64,000 nucleotides of DNA from Candidatus Nanoarchaeia archaeon. GTDB taxonomy: Bacteria; Patescibacteriota; Microgenomatia; Woykebacterales; RBG-16-39-9b. Positions 18,951-28,242 of the stretch are shown here, piece after piece. The number at the start of each line of letters is the position of its first letter. The first letter of the stretch is position 1. Below the pieces are notes generated by a model. That model was not told the DNA's origin. It did not search any database and was given only the letters and a program-made list of their open reading frames with translations. The stretch covers positions 48,102 through 112,101 of the forward strand of contig DATBWR010000011.1 in the NCBI GenBank assembly GCA_036514715.1. Direction: 5' to 3'. The translations under genes and the position numbers were made by a program.

Positions 18951-21155
18951 CTAGGCAGTTCTACGTCTTATTACCAGTAAGGCGTAAGCAGCTAGTACTA
19001 ATAAAGCTCCTCCTAACAAGAGTAAATTGAAAGAGAATTTTCCATTGGCACCGCCGTTAATCACTTTTGTGACCGGATTTTCGTTTTGAGTGGAAAGAGC
19101 ATTTTCCAAAATCTTACCGCCTTCTTCCAAAGCAGCCCCTAAGCTGGCTCCAGACAGCGCAGAAGTTTTGGATTTACCGCTAGTTATGCTGGTTCCGGCA
19201 GGTAAGTTAACACCACTGGCAACTCCATTTCCACCAACTGGACCACCGACCCCTGCCGGAATTTCTTGATCCGGTGGTACGATATTGCCGGTAAAGCTCC
19301 CAAAGACGTTCACGAAAACCAGCATTAGTTTTTTGCCGATAAAGTTGTTGTTGACAAAGTTAACGATGTTGCTGGCGACGTTAACATCACCAGTGTTAAT
19401 AGTGGCACCGCCCATATTACCATTAGCGTCGTTGTTACCAGTGTTGGCAGTAATATTAACGTTGTTGTTAATAAGGGCGTTGTTAGTCTGGTTAATCGTG
19501 GTTGAGTTACTGTTGTTAACTGATGCACCGTTAGTGGAGTCAGACCCATTACCGCTGTTGAGAGCGTAAATCGAACCATCTGGATTGAAACCAAATTCTA
19601 AAGTCCCCCCATCAATTAAGGCTCCGTCAGCGGCGCCGATAATTTGGCCGGTGTAGGTGCCTTGATTATTAACAATTACCAGCCACCAAGTGTCCCCGGC
19701 ACCAACCGTGTTGGTGTTGGCTACAGTTACCAAATTAGAGTTAACGTCCACGCCTCCGGTGGTCACTGAACTGTCGCCCATGTTCTTGTTGGCATCGTTA
19801 CCACCAGTGTTAGCGTTAATGTTTAGATTATTGTTAATCAGGGCGTTATTAATTAGGTTTATGTCAGTGGTATTGGTGTTTGTAACCGAGGCATCGTTCT
19901 CGCTCCCTGAGCCGTTACCGGTGTTTGTAGCAGTGATATCGGCCGCACAGCCGCAACTAGAAAGATCGGCTTCTCTTGGAAGAATAATATCACCGGACAT
20001 ATTGCCAAAAATGTTGACTGTGCCGATCAAAAGTTCAGCTCCAGCCATAAAAGTATTGTTGAGAAAGTTAATAATGTTGGAAACAATGTTGGCGTCTCCG
20101 GTTTCAATAACACCCGCACCCATGTTTTTGTCGGCTTGATTGCCTCCTGTACCAGCGTAAAGGTCAACGTTGTTATCCAAAATGAGGTTGTTTTCGCTGA
20201 CAAGGTTAGTGGTTGAACTATTATTAACGCCTGCAGTGTTGGTCGAGTCCGCTCCGTTGCCCGTGTTACCCGCACCCAACACTCCACCATTTCCGCTTCC
20301 TGTACCAGAGGGCCAAGTGATGTAAAGGTCTTCGCTTTGGTTATCAACGATATTGAAGTTAACAACGTTGGGATTAACAAGCGTGTTGCTACCCATATTG
20401 ACCGTGGTAAAGACTACGTCAGCATCCCCACTAACAATTACTCCGTCACCCATGTTTTTGTTGGCTTCGTTGCCTCCTGTGCTGGCGCCAACGTCTTCGT
20501 TATTAACTAAGTAGAGATCGTTAACATTACTAACATTAGTTGTTGAGTTGTTATCGATGTCAGCGTTGTTGGACGATCCGGAGCCATTACCAATGTTATT
20601 GGCTTCAAGACCACCAGTACAACCGCCACAACCATCGTTCAAGTTAATAATTGTAGTGTTTAGGTTGTTAGTTAAGTTACCATCAACGCTAGCATCGCCG
20701 GTGTGGATTACCCCAGAGCCCATGTTTTTGTTGGCATCATTTTCACCAGTCTCAACATCAACAATAATGTCATTGGTAACATCAGCATTATTTGAAGCTT
20801 CTACATCCGTTTCGTCAGTGACATCAACTTCACTATTATTATCAGAATCAGCTCCGTTACCGCTGTTGGTTGCTTCTGCTTGTGGTTGGTTCGTTCCCCA
20901 AGTGCTTCCTCCACTCCCACCGCTATCAGTTCCTGTAGTTGCTTGAGAGCTCGCTCCAGCATCTGGAGGCGGGCTCATCCAGGAAGGTAGGGCCGGAGAA
21001 TCCGGAGTTGCCGGTGTGCCCGTCGGTGTACTTGGAGCAGTTGGAATAGCCGGCGAACTTGGAGTGGCGATCGCCAAGGTAGCAGCCGGATAAACCATGT
21101 TTGCAGCAATCAGAGCTGCACTTACCAAAGATTTTACTTTTAGATATTTATTCAT
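18951..21155 (-). CDS. secreted Asn/Gly-rich repeat protein (5 repeats) with C-terminal membrane anchor
   Basis: Signal peptide; P/S/T linker; 5x GNGxxSxN..TGxNxAxxNMG..IxTGD; C-terminal TM + RRR. Confidence 0.85.
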   Translation of the reverse strand: MNKYLKVKSLVSAALIAANMVYPAATLAIATPSSPAIPTAPSTPTGTPATPDSPALPSWMSPPPDAGASSQATTGTDSGGSGGSTWGTNQPQAEATNSGNGADSDNNSEVDVTDETDVEASNNADVTNDIIVDVETGENDANKNMGSGVIHTGDASVDGNLTNNLNTTIINLNDGCGGCTGGLEANNIGNGSGSSNNADIDNNSTTNVSNVNDLYLVNNEDVGASTGGNEANKNMGDGVIVSGDADVVFTTVNMGSNTLVNPNVVNFNIVDNQSEDLYITWPSGTGSGNGGVLGAGNTGNGADSTNTAGVNNSSTTNLVSENNLILDNNVDLYAGTGGNQADKNMGAGVIETGDANIVSNIINFLNNTFMAGAELLIGTVNIFGNMSGDIILPREADLSSCGCAADITATNTGNGSGSENDASVTNTNTTDINLINNALINNNLNINANTGGNDANKNMGDSSVTTGGVDVNSNLVTVANTNTVGAGDTWWLVIVNNQGTYTGQIIGAADGALIDGGTLEFGFNPDGSIYALNSGNGSDSTNGASVNNSNSTTINQTNNALINNNVNITANTGNNDANGNMGGATINTGDVNVASNIVNFVNNNFIGKKLMLVFVNVFGSFTGNIVPPDQEIPAGVGGPVGGNGVASGVNLPAGTSITSGKSKTSALSGASLGAALEEGGKILENALSTQNENPVTKVINGGANGKFSFNLLLLGGALLVLAAYALLVIRRRTA

Positions 21156-21246
21156 TCGTGTTCTTAAACTTTCAAATTCTAATTAGAACAGCCTCTTAAA
21201 CCACTCTAACTAAACTTCGAACTTCGTCCTTACCCTTTGGCTTCCC

Positions 21247-21275
21247 CTGGGCCCGCCCTCAAAGGGCGGGCCCAG
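21247..21275 (-). other. strong GC hairpin after the 4-repeat gene (terminator or mRNA stabiliser)
   Basis: CTGGGCCCGCCCT-CAA-AGGGCGGGCCCAG perfect 13-bp stem. Confidence 0.7.
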
Positions 21276-21296
21276 AGAAAAGACCAACCTAACTAC

Positions 21297-22574
21297 CTAG
21301 GTGCCCCAGTGTCCTAAAAGGAGTAAGATCCACCCGTTCAAATCGTCCAGGTCAGGAAGATCCGGAAGGTCCGGAAAATCCACATCTCCTAGAACGTTTG
21401 AGTTAGCTTCAGTGCTGACTTCAACATCAGCTCCAGCATCACCGGTTTCAATAGTTGGATCCTCACCACCTTGGGTGTTATCCTTAGCGTCATTGTCACC
21501 AGTGTTGGAGTCAACGTCAACGTCGTTGCAGTCACTGCCCCTACCGTGTCCTCCCCCAAAGGAGGAGAGGAAACCTTGAGGGCCACCGTCGCAGTCATAG
21601 TCATTGGTTTGTTGAGCTGCCAAAAGTGCTTCTAGTTCAACGTTAACCTCATTCTCAGAATCAGCTCCGTTGCCAGCGATTTTAATTTCGCCAACAAGTT
21701 CGCAGCACTCATCGAGATTAAGACCGTTGAAGTTAGCTTCGTTACTGACACCAACTTCGACATCGGCATCACCAGTGTCGATTGCAACATCACCACCAGT
21801 GTTGTCTTCGGCTTCGTTGTTGCCAGAATTGGCGTCAACGTCAATGTCGTTCTCAATATCAGCGTTGTTTTCTTGAAGAACTCCAACTAAGCTAGCTACT
21901 CCCACGTTAGCGGTGTTCTTGGAGTCAGATCCGTTACCGGAAATTTCCACATCAATAGAACCACCGTCGCCGCCTCCAATGGAAGCAACGTTAGAGTTGA
22001 CCATATTCTTGACGTCAACCACTACGTCAGCATCACCAGTTTCGATCTCAACATCACCGCCGGTGTTGTCTTTAGCATCGTTGTCACCAGTGTTGGCATC
22101 AACGTCAATGTCGTTATCGACTTTGGCTTCATTGGTCTGCTCCACACCAACTTCTGAAATAAGTTCAACGTTGGCTTCGTTTTCGGAGTCTGAACCATTA
22201 CCGGAGATTTTGACGTCCAGATCACCAGGACAACCGCCACAAGACAAAGAAGCAACGTTGGAGTTAGCGCTGTTGGACACAGAGCTACTCACGTTAGCAT
22301 CCCCAGTGTCGATGGAAACATCACCACCAGTGTTGTCTTCAGCTTCGTTGTTGCCAGAATTGGCGTTAATCTTAACGCTATTATCAATGTCGGCGTTATT
22401 GGTTTGGACGAGTGTCGTGCTAGTGCTCACAGATACGTTAGCGGTGTTAGTCGAATCGGATCCATTACCACTAACGGTAACGGAAGTAGTTCCGAATGCA
22501 ACAGATGCTACGCTCCCTGTTAGCAAGGCTGCAGTAGAAACTGCAGTTGTTAGCTTGTATACTAGTTTGTTCAT
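21297..22574 (-). CDS. secreted acidic Asn/Gly/Asp-rich repeat protein (4 repeats), candidate major subunit
   Basis: Signal peptide; four ~88-aa repeats; CGGC/CC linkers; strong AAGGAGGTGA RBS. Confidence 0.85.
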   Translation of the reverse strand: MNKLVYKLTTAVSTAALLTGSVASVAFGTTSVTVSGNGSDSTNTANVSVSTSTTLVQTNNADIDNSVKINANSGNNEAEDNTGGDVSIDTGDANVSSSVSNSANSNVASLSCGGCPGDLDVKISGNGSDSENEANVELISEVGVEQTNEAKVDNDIDVDANTGDNDAKDNTGGDVEIETGDADVVVDVKNMVNSNVASIGGGDGGSIDVEISGNGSDSKNTANVGVASLVGVLQENNADIENDIDVDANSGNNEAEDNTGGDVAIDTGDADVEVGVSNEANFNGLNLDECCELVGEIKIAGNGADSENEVNVELEALLAAQQTNDYDCDGGPQGFLSSFGGGHGRGSDCNDVDVDSNTGDNDAKDNTQGGEDPTIETGDAGADVEVSTEANSNVLGDVDFPDLPDLPDLDDLNGWILLLLGHWGT

Positions 22575-22831
22575 TTACTATTCACCTCCTTTCGCAAAGA
22601 TATATTCAATTCTTTTTTGGAATTTCTTTTAATTTGTCTGGACACTTTCATGTAGATAGTAATTCTTCTTTGCTTAAACGAAAACGGAGGCAAACCTTCA
22701 CGCTTTTCATTAGCGTAAAAGCTTACCTCCGTTTGCGGTCGGTAAATTACTTAAACTAACAGTATTTAATTTCTAGGGCAGAAATAGGTAGGTGTGGTGT
22801 TACCGAAAAGAATTTTAGCCTACCAATAAAT

Positions 22832-22860
22832 ATTATGTGTGCTTTTTCCCAACCTGTCAA
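22832..22860 (-). promoter_or_regulatory. sigma70 promoter with ~250-nt structured leader
   Basis: TTGACA-N17-CATAAT on the minus strand. Confidence 0.7.
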
Positions 22861-22932
22861 GTCCTGTAATTTTATTCAAAAAGGCCTTAATCTTACTAAC
22901 GAACCGGTCTTCTTTTTGTTACCTACGACCCT

Positions 22933-23136
22933 TTACCGCACCCGCCTTATGGCGCTGTTGTAACCTTCGGCCTTGACACTGGCAGTCTTTTTGATCGTCC
23001 TCTCGGTGATCTGAACCACTCTCCCTGACTCAATGTAAATTTCTACACTACCATACTCTTTGCTAACAATAGCTTCTTTAATTTCGTTTAAAATGCTTTC
23101 CGGCAGACTGTTGGCAGACATAGTTTCGTTCATCAA
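22933..23136 (-). CDS. YezD/DUF2292 family small protein
   Basis: YGSVEIYIESGRVVQI motif. Confidence 0.75.
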   Translation of the reverse strand: MMNETMSANSLPESILNEIKEAIVSKEYGSVEIYIESGRVVQITERTIKKTASVKAEGYNSAIRRVR

Positions 23137-23137
23137 T

Positions 23138-23755
23138 TTATAGAGAAAACTCTAAAACTACTTTTTCTGAATTGAGCTCGCCGATTTCAACTTTAAACTT
23201 GCTTTCCCCTTTGGGGATCACAAAACCAACGTTCGATGTTTTGGTTGACTGCGGGCGGATTTCCACATTACCCTGATGAGCAGTTGGTGCATACTTTTTA
23301 TCGTCATCGCCGATCAAACGGAAACTGTCAACCGGTTGTAAGTAAAGGGGCACGTTGTAAGGGTTGGAAAGTTCCATGTTAATAATTAAGAACTCCTTGC
23401 CGTTTCTGGCAATGACCCTTTGCCCTTGTACGAGCAAAGAGCCTGCTTTATAAGTGCCGGTAACATCAACGCTAATATCACCGTTAGTGTTCCTGCCGTC
23501 TTTAGTTTTGGCGGTTACTTCAAATTGCTGTGAAAGCCCCAAAACGTTGGGAGCCTCATTTGAAGAGTTGCCGCTAAAGAAAATAGTGTAGAGACCAAAG
23601 GCAGCCAGCAAGGTAAGGACTGTAAAGAAGATGCGGCGCGGTTTTGAGAAAAGGTAGACAAGCAAATTTTTGGATCCGGAAAAAATTCCAGAAAGAAAGG
23701 GTATTGAAAAGCGTCGGCGGACAACTTGCGCAGGAACAAAAGTTGTTACATTCAT
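23138..23755 (-). CDS. membrane-anchored DUF4352-like Ig-fold protein
   Basis: N-terminal TM; GKEFLIINMELSN and EIRPQSTKTSNVGFVIP; start at MNVTT. Confidence 0.65.
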   Translation of the reverse strand: MNVTTFVPAQVVRRRFSIPFLSGIFSGSKNLLVYLFSKPRRIFFTVLTLLAAFGLYTIFFSGNSSNEAPNVLGLSQQFEVTAKTKDGRNTNGDISVDVTGTYKAGSLLVQGQRVIARNGKEFLIINMELSNPYNVPLYLQPVDSFRLIGDDDKKYAPTAHQGNVEIRPQSTKTSNVGFVIPKGESKFKVEIGELNSEKVVLEFSL

Positions 23756-24107
23756 TAACAAATTTTCCTTTCTCTTCAAAATGCAAAAGCCAGCTTTAGG
23801 ACAGACTAAGTCTTTGGGCCGGCAGTGACTTTTAAGATCAAATCGACAATAAAAGTACCACAACAATATAGTATAGTCAAGAGGTTGTCAAGAGTTTTGT
23901 TTGGCTAATTTTTGCCTCATGGTTTCACGAGGAAAATTACTTACTAATCTAAGGAAATTCAGGTGTAAACAAATAAGCGCCCGCTCCATACCTAACCCTT
24001 ACATTATATATATGGGACTCGAAGACGAATCCAGTTTTCTCATTACTTCGAAAATAAGTTCCTACTTGAAACAAGTGGGTCGTTAAGGGGTCTGGTTTCG
24101 CTGACGG

Positions 24108-24193
24108 AAAGTAAGCCTCTAAGATAGAGGACTTCATTGCTTCGCAAAGTAAGCTTCTGAGATAAGAAAGCTTCATTGCTTCGCAAAGTAAGC
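24108..24193. repeat. ~39-bp tandem repeat (about 2.2 units) with hairpins
   Basis: CTTCATTGCTTCGCAAAGTAAGC twice (24132, 24171); AAAGTAAGC three times. Confidence 0.8.
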
Positions 24194-24362
24194 CCGTTTT
24201 TCTGTAAGGGAGTCTAATCCTCCTAATAATACTAATATAATAGATATATTAGTATTAGCTGAATGGCTTTCCTTCTAGGCGTACAAGACATCTTTGGGAA
24301 AACAAAAAGCTCTGAAAGGGAATTCAGAGCTTTTTGCGTTAGGTTGATCTTTTCTCTTTTTC

Positions 24363-24713
24363 TTACGGACCAGGCGGCGGAGCCGCGTTGGAGTTAACGT
24401 TGTTGGTGATAGTTACCGTCACCGTGGAGTCACCAGTGTCAATACTCACATCTCCATCACCAGTGTTGAAACTAGCCTTATTACCACCAGTGTTGGAAAC
24501 CGTTATCACCCTGTTTTTGACACGAGCTACATTAATTTGAACAGTAGCCGACTTGTTCACTACTTTAATACGGCAGCGGTTGTGCGAGAAAGCGCCGTTA
24601 TCGGTAATGGTACAAGTGTTACCATCATCAGCTAGAGCAGCTGGAGCCAGTAACATACCAGCAGTAAGGGCTGCACCAGCAGTTGCTCCGACACGAGCAA
24701 TCAATTTATTCAT
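24363..24713 (-). CDS. small secreted basic protein with a single Asn/Gly repeat
   Basis: Signal peptide; DNGAFSHN..SNTGGNKASFNTGDGDVSIDTGDS; GAGGAGGTGA RBS. Confidence 0.8.
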   Translation of the reverse strand: MNKLIARVGATAGAALTAGMLLAPAALADDGNTCTITDNGAFSHNRCRIKVVNKSATVQINVARVKNRVITVSNTGGNKASFNTGDGDVSIDTGDSTVTVTITNNVNSNAAPPPGP

Positions 24714-24762
24714 TCATAATCACCTCCTCTCTAAGAAGTGTACTTTTGTTACGACCTTCACT

Positions 24763-24793
24763 ACTATAGGTGTCCACCTCGGGGGTGTACATT
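24763..24793 (-). promoter_or_regulatory. palindromic promoter/operator, copy 1
   Basis: TGTACA-N17-TATAGT with dyad; 29/31 identical to 28243-28273. Confidence 0.7.
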
Positions 24794-24909
24794 ACAAAAA
24801 TGCCAACAACAAGGTTGTCGTTGGCTTTTTGATTTTTCAGAGCAGTTAGAGCAGTCATGGCAGTTTTAGTTTTAACTTCTTACTTCATACTTCACACTTC
24901 TTACTTAAT

Positions 24910-26046
24910 CTAAGGTAGTTCGCATTTAATCAGCGTTTCTCCAGTGGTACAAGTGTCGATTCCGGAATTCCCGTTCAGATTGTCGGTTCCCGGACCACCG
25001 TCAAGTGAGTCATTGCCCGAACCCCCTTTGATATTGTCATTGCCGTTTTCCCCAAAAAGTTGGTCGATACCACTGCCACCGTCAATGTTATCGTTTTGGT
25101 CTCCGCCAAAGATTTGGTCGTTATCGCTGCCGCCTTTAATATTGTCTTCTCCCACTCCGCCGGTGATCTGGTCATCGCCGCTGCCCCCGTCAATGGTGTC
25201 GTTGCCAATCCCACCGTCAATCAAGTCGTTGCCAGACCCGCCTTTCAAATTATCGTTGCCTTCTCCGCCGACCACCAAGTCGTTACCGCTGCCACTGTCA
25301 ATAGTATCGTTGCCACCCTCACCCAAAATCACGTCGTTACCGCTGCTGTCGTTAACTCGATCGTTACCTTCACCGCCGACAATACAGTCATTACCACTAC
25401 CACCGTCAACCCGATCATTGCCCTCCAGAGCAAAAATCAGGTCGTTATTAGGTGTACCACGGATACGGTCGTTGCCGCTGGTTCCGAAAATTGGGTCACC
25501 GGTAAAATCAATGTCGTCGCAATCTTCGGGCGGGGCAATAACTATGCCAATAGAAAGGTCAAAAACAACAGTCGCCGTCTGAAATTCATTACCGGCACTT
25601 TGGGGAAAACAAACTGTGAAATCGTAATCAAAATTTTGACCAGAGTTGAGGTTACCCAAACTCAGGGCGTTAGGACCAGCGCTATCAGTGAAAAATTGGT
25701 CCAGAGTCTGTGGACCGTAAAGGCTGGTGGTTGTCGTAGAGTTTTCGATTTCGATTTCCAGAACCGACCCCAACGCAAGGTCTTCGTCGGTTTTTACACC
25801 GCGTACGCCAACTTCGCGGGTGACGGCTCCGGTATTAAGCACGTTGACTGTGCGGGTTTCACAATCCCCCGGTTTCATGTCATTGACCACAAAAATTGGA
25901 TCGCCACTGGGAACTCCCCAATCAATATCCAAATCCCCGACTGCCCGCACTGTGCTGGGGAACAAAGCATTAGCCACTGCCACGCTGATAAGTGCCAGTG
26001 TCAAAACCCCTATTCTAATAACCTGAAACTTTCTGTTTTTCTTCAT
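24910..26046 (-). CDS. TasA/CalY-like domain fused to RTX (GGxGxD) Ca-binding repeats
   Basis: MKPGD..RTVNVLNTG and FPQSAGNEFQ; >15 GGxGND-type nonapeptides. Confidence 0.8.
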   Translation of the reverse strand: MKKNRKFQVIRIGVLTLALISVAVANALFPSTVRAVGDLDIDWGVPSGDPIFVVNDMKPGDCETRTVNVLNTGAVTREVGVRGVKTDEDLALGSVLEIEIENSTTTTSLYGPQTLDQFFTDSAGPNALSLGNLNSGQNFDYDFTVCFPQSAGNEFQTATVVFDLSIGIVIAPPEDCDDIDFTGDPIFGTSGNDRIRGTPNNDLIFALEGNDRVDGGSGNDCIVGGEGNDRVNDSSGNDVILGEGGNDTIDSGSGNDLVVGGEGNDNLKGGSGNDLIDGGIGNDTIDGGSGDDQITGGVGEDNIKGGSDNDQIFGGDQNDNIDGGSGIDQLFGENGNDNIKGGSGNDSLDGGPGTDNLNGNSGIDTCTTGETLIKCELP

Positions 26047-27230
26047 TGGTCACAATTTCCAAACTCAGCTGTAATGGCGTCAATATCGAAACCATCTGCG
26101 TCTGATGTATGTGAATTGGGAAATGGTGTACTCTCCGTTAACCTTACGAACTTAATTGACGAAAGTCCTGTCCCAGAAAAACCCAACTCACTAATACCAT
26201 CGCCACCAACACCTGGTTCGCTAGTAACGTTACCTATGTTGTAATAAGTTATCCCATCCTGACTGACCTCAACTGTGGCTTGTTCTAACGGATATGTTGC
26301 TCGTCCGTTAGTTGCTTCATAAAAAGTAAGTATCGCAGGACCAACATCGAGAATTTGGTATGGAAAAACATAGGTGGCTACACCAGTATAAAACCCAAGA
26401 CTATAAAATCCTGTACTTCCACCAATAACCCAATCTTTTATTAATGCGGCATTGGGATCAGTTCTAGCCGGATTAGTTATTGGCGACCCATTTTTCAAAG
26501 TTCCTTGAGTTGTTTCCTCATCGATGTAACTAGCTAGTAGAGTTGGGTTCTCGTCGCAAAAGGCTTCGGCAGCAGAAAATACATTATTAGTACTCGTTTC
26601 AACATCACTGAAAAACGCGTGGGAGCTTCCCAAAAATATTGCGGCCATGAAAAACATCGCAAAAGGTTTAGCAAAGTCTAAATTGCTACTTTTCTGTGGT
26701 TTTTTCTTTAATTCTTCCCAAATGGAAATTAATTCGGAAATAATTATTAATAAGGTGGGAATGATTATCAGCAGGAAAAAGCCTAAGGGTTGTTTAACAA
26801 AATCCACAAACCTTCCAACATAAGGAACAGAAAGGTTAACTCTGCCAACCACGTCTTTCTCAGCAGTCAAAGAGCTGTCAGGGTCTTCGTTAGCATCTCC
26901 CTTTGTTTCAAACATTTTCTCGCCAGTGGCGCGATCCACTCTTACTACCCGGTGACTGACTAGCTCACTACCGGATTTAAAAGTGACAATATCACCTTCA
27001 ACGTAATTTACTCCCGCACCATCAAGGGGCTTTTTAGTTACAAGCACTAGGGAACCAGCCGGAACAGCGGGCTCCATACTGCCTGTCTTTACCACTAAAG
27101 GTTTTAGCGGTAAAGGCAAATTTAAGTACGCACCGATTGTCAGCAGCATAATGCTGCCAAACACGAGCAGTGTAGTTAATTTAAGTGTCGTTAGTAATAC
27201 TTTCAAACCTATACTCCAAATCCTTGACAA
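26043..27230 (-). CDS. sipW: SipW-type signal peptidase I (S26B) fused to a C-terminal SipW-substrate-like domain
   Basis: TGSMEP, VSHRV (Ser-His) and TKGDAN; internal GSSHAFFSDVETSTNNVFSA motif. Confidence 0.85.
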   Translation of the reverse strand: MSRIWSIGLKVLLTTLKLTTLLVFGSIMLLTIGAYLNLPLPLKPLVVKTGSMEPAVPAGSLVLVTKKPLDGAGVNYVEGDIVTFKSGSELVSHRVVRVDRATGEKMFETKGDANEDPDSSLTAEKDVVGRVNLSVPYVGRFVDFVKQPLGFFLLIIIPTLLIIISELISIWEELKKKPQKSSNLDFAKPFAMFFMAAIFLGSSHAFFSDVETSTNNVFSAAEAFCDENPTLLASYIDEETTQGTLKNGSPITNPARTDPNAALIKDWVIGGSTGFYSLGFYTGVATYVFPYQILDVGPAILTFYEATNGRATYPLEQATVEVSQDGITYYNIGNVTSEPGVGGDGISELGFSGTGLSSIKFVRLTESTPFPNSHTSDADGFDIDAITAEFGNCDQ

Positions 27231-27343
27231 GGCCGGGCCTTGTCACCACTTGTCACCAACAATGCAGCTTTCCTCTTCGAGGTCCGAGGCCCCCAAGGTC
27301 CTCTTTGCTGTCCAAGGGGGCCTTAACTTTCAAACCTCGGACT

Positions 27344-28207
27344 CTAGAACCCTAGTTTCGAAGGGTTATTCCTGTGCTGAACCACTTGGAAGGACATGTT
27401 CGCTACCAAACTGTCTGTCTCGATTACATTACCAACACCTTCCGGAAGTTCCCAATCAATACCGAAGTAATAAGTTGTACTTCCAACCATACGTCCGTCT
27501 GATACAATCCCTGGGCTAGCTCCTTGGAGAGCGAAAACGGCAGCTAATCCTTGCCAAATGTTATGCGTTTCACTACCTGCATCAAGTGTACCTTGGGAAA
27601 CTAGCTCTGGTTCTTCTGCCTGTTTAATGTTGTCACCTTCTTGTGGGTCAGCACCACATTCAGCACCTAACCCTGAACACTGGAACCCATTGTTAGTTCC
27701 TTCATCTAACCAAATGCTGAACAGAAGATTTTCACGTAATTCCCCACTTGCTACTCCGTCAGGATCGCCTGCTTCCAATTCCTCTTGAAGGTAGGTGTTC
27801 TCTAGATCTTGAACACTGTTAATCACTAATCTTCCCCAAGCGTCGTTGTTAATAACGTGGAGACTGATTGTATTCTCACCACTATCACCAGGCTTGAGGT
27901 CGGAAAGATTGAAGAATTTGTGTGTTGGACCCAAGTCTGTTTGTGCCCAAGTACCGTCACAAGGATCACCCACCAAATCTGGTCGACTTGAACTTGTAGC
28001 TTCAAACTGCCATTGACTACTGGAATTACAGACTAATCCTGCGTAGTGGGCCTCGCTGTCAACCTTTAAGTCAAGACCTCCGGCCGAAAACGTGTTGCCA
28101 GTTGAAGTTTCACTATCGGTGAAGAAGGCGAAGGTGGCACCGATTAAGAGGGCTGCGGCGGCCGCGATCGTCAGACCGCTTGTTACCAATCTTTTGTTGA
28201 TTGTCAT
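27344..28207 (-). CDS. TasA/camelysin family protein with SipW-dependent signal peptide
   Basis: GATFAFFTDSETSTGNTFSAGGLDL and LKPGDSG. Confidence 0.88.
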   Translation of the reverse strand: MTINKRLVTSGLTIAAAAALLIGATFAFFTDSETSTGNTFSAGGLDLKVDSEAHYAGLVCNSSSQWQFEATSSSRPDLVGDPCDGTWAQTDLGPTHKFFNLSDLKPGDSGENTISLHVINNDAWGRLVINSVQDLENTYLQEELEAGDPDGVASGELRENLLFSIWLDEGTNNGFQCSGLGAECGADPQEGDNIKQAEEPELVSQGTLDAGSETHNIWQGLAAVFALQGASPGIVSDGRMVGSTTYYFGIDWELPEGVGNVIETDSLVANMSFQVVQHRNNPSKLGF

Positions 28208-28242
28208 TTATTTATTCACCTCCTCTCATATGATCTATAATC

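Noticed and set aside
18098-22574. Calling the repeat proteins curli (CsgA) or FapC
   Set aside because: Repeat length and consensus differ, and no CsgG/FapF-like secretion genes are visible; only an analogy is supported.
24087-24110. GGGGTCTGGTTTCG resembling a tmRNA 5' end
   Set aside because: No matching 3' T-arm/CCA or tag reading frame found.
24108-24193. Possible mini-CRISPR array
   Set aside because: Only two 23-bp repeats with ~16-bp related spacers; no cas genes in the window.
24944-26244. Long plus-strand ORFs (212 aa, 394 aa) and similar ones at 18249, 19690, 21913 and 29421
   Set aside because: Antisense shadows of repetitive RTX, Asn-Gly or collagen genes.
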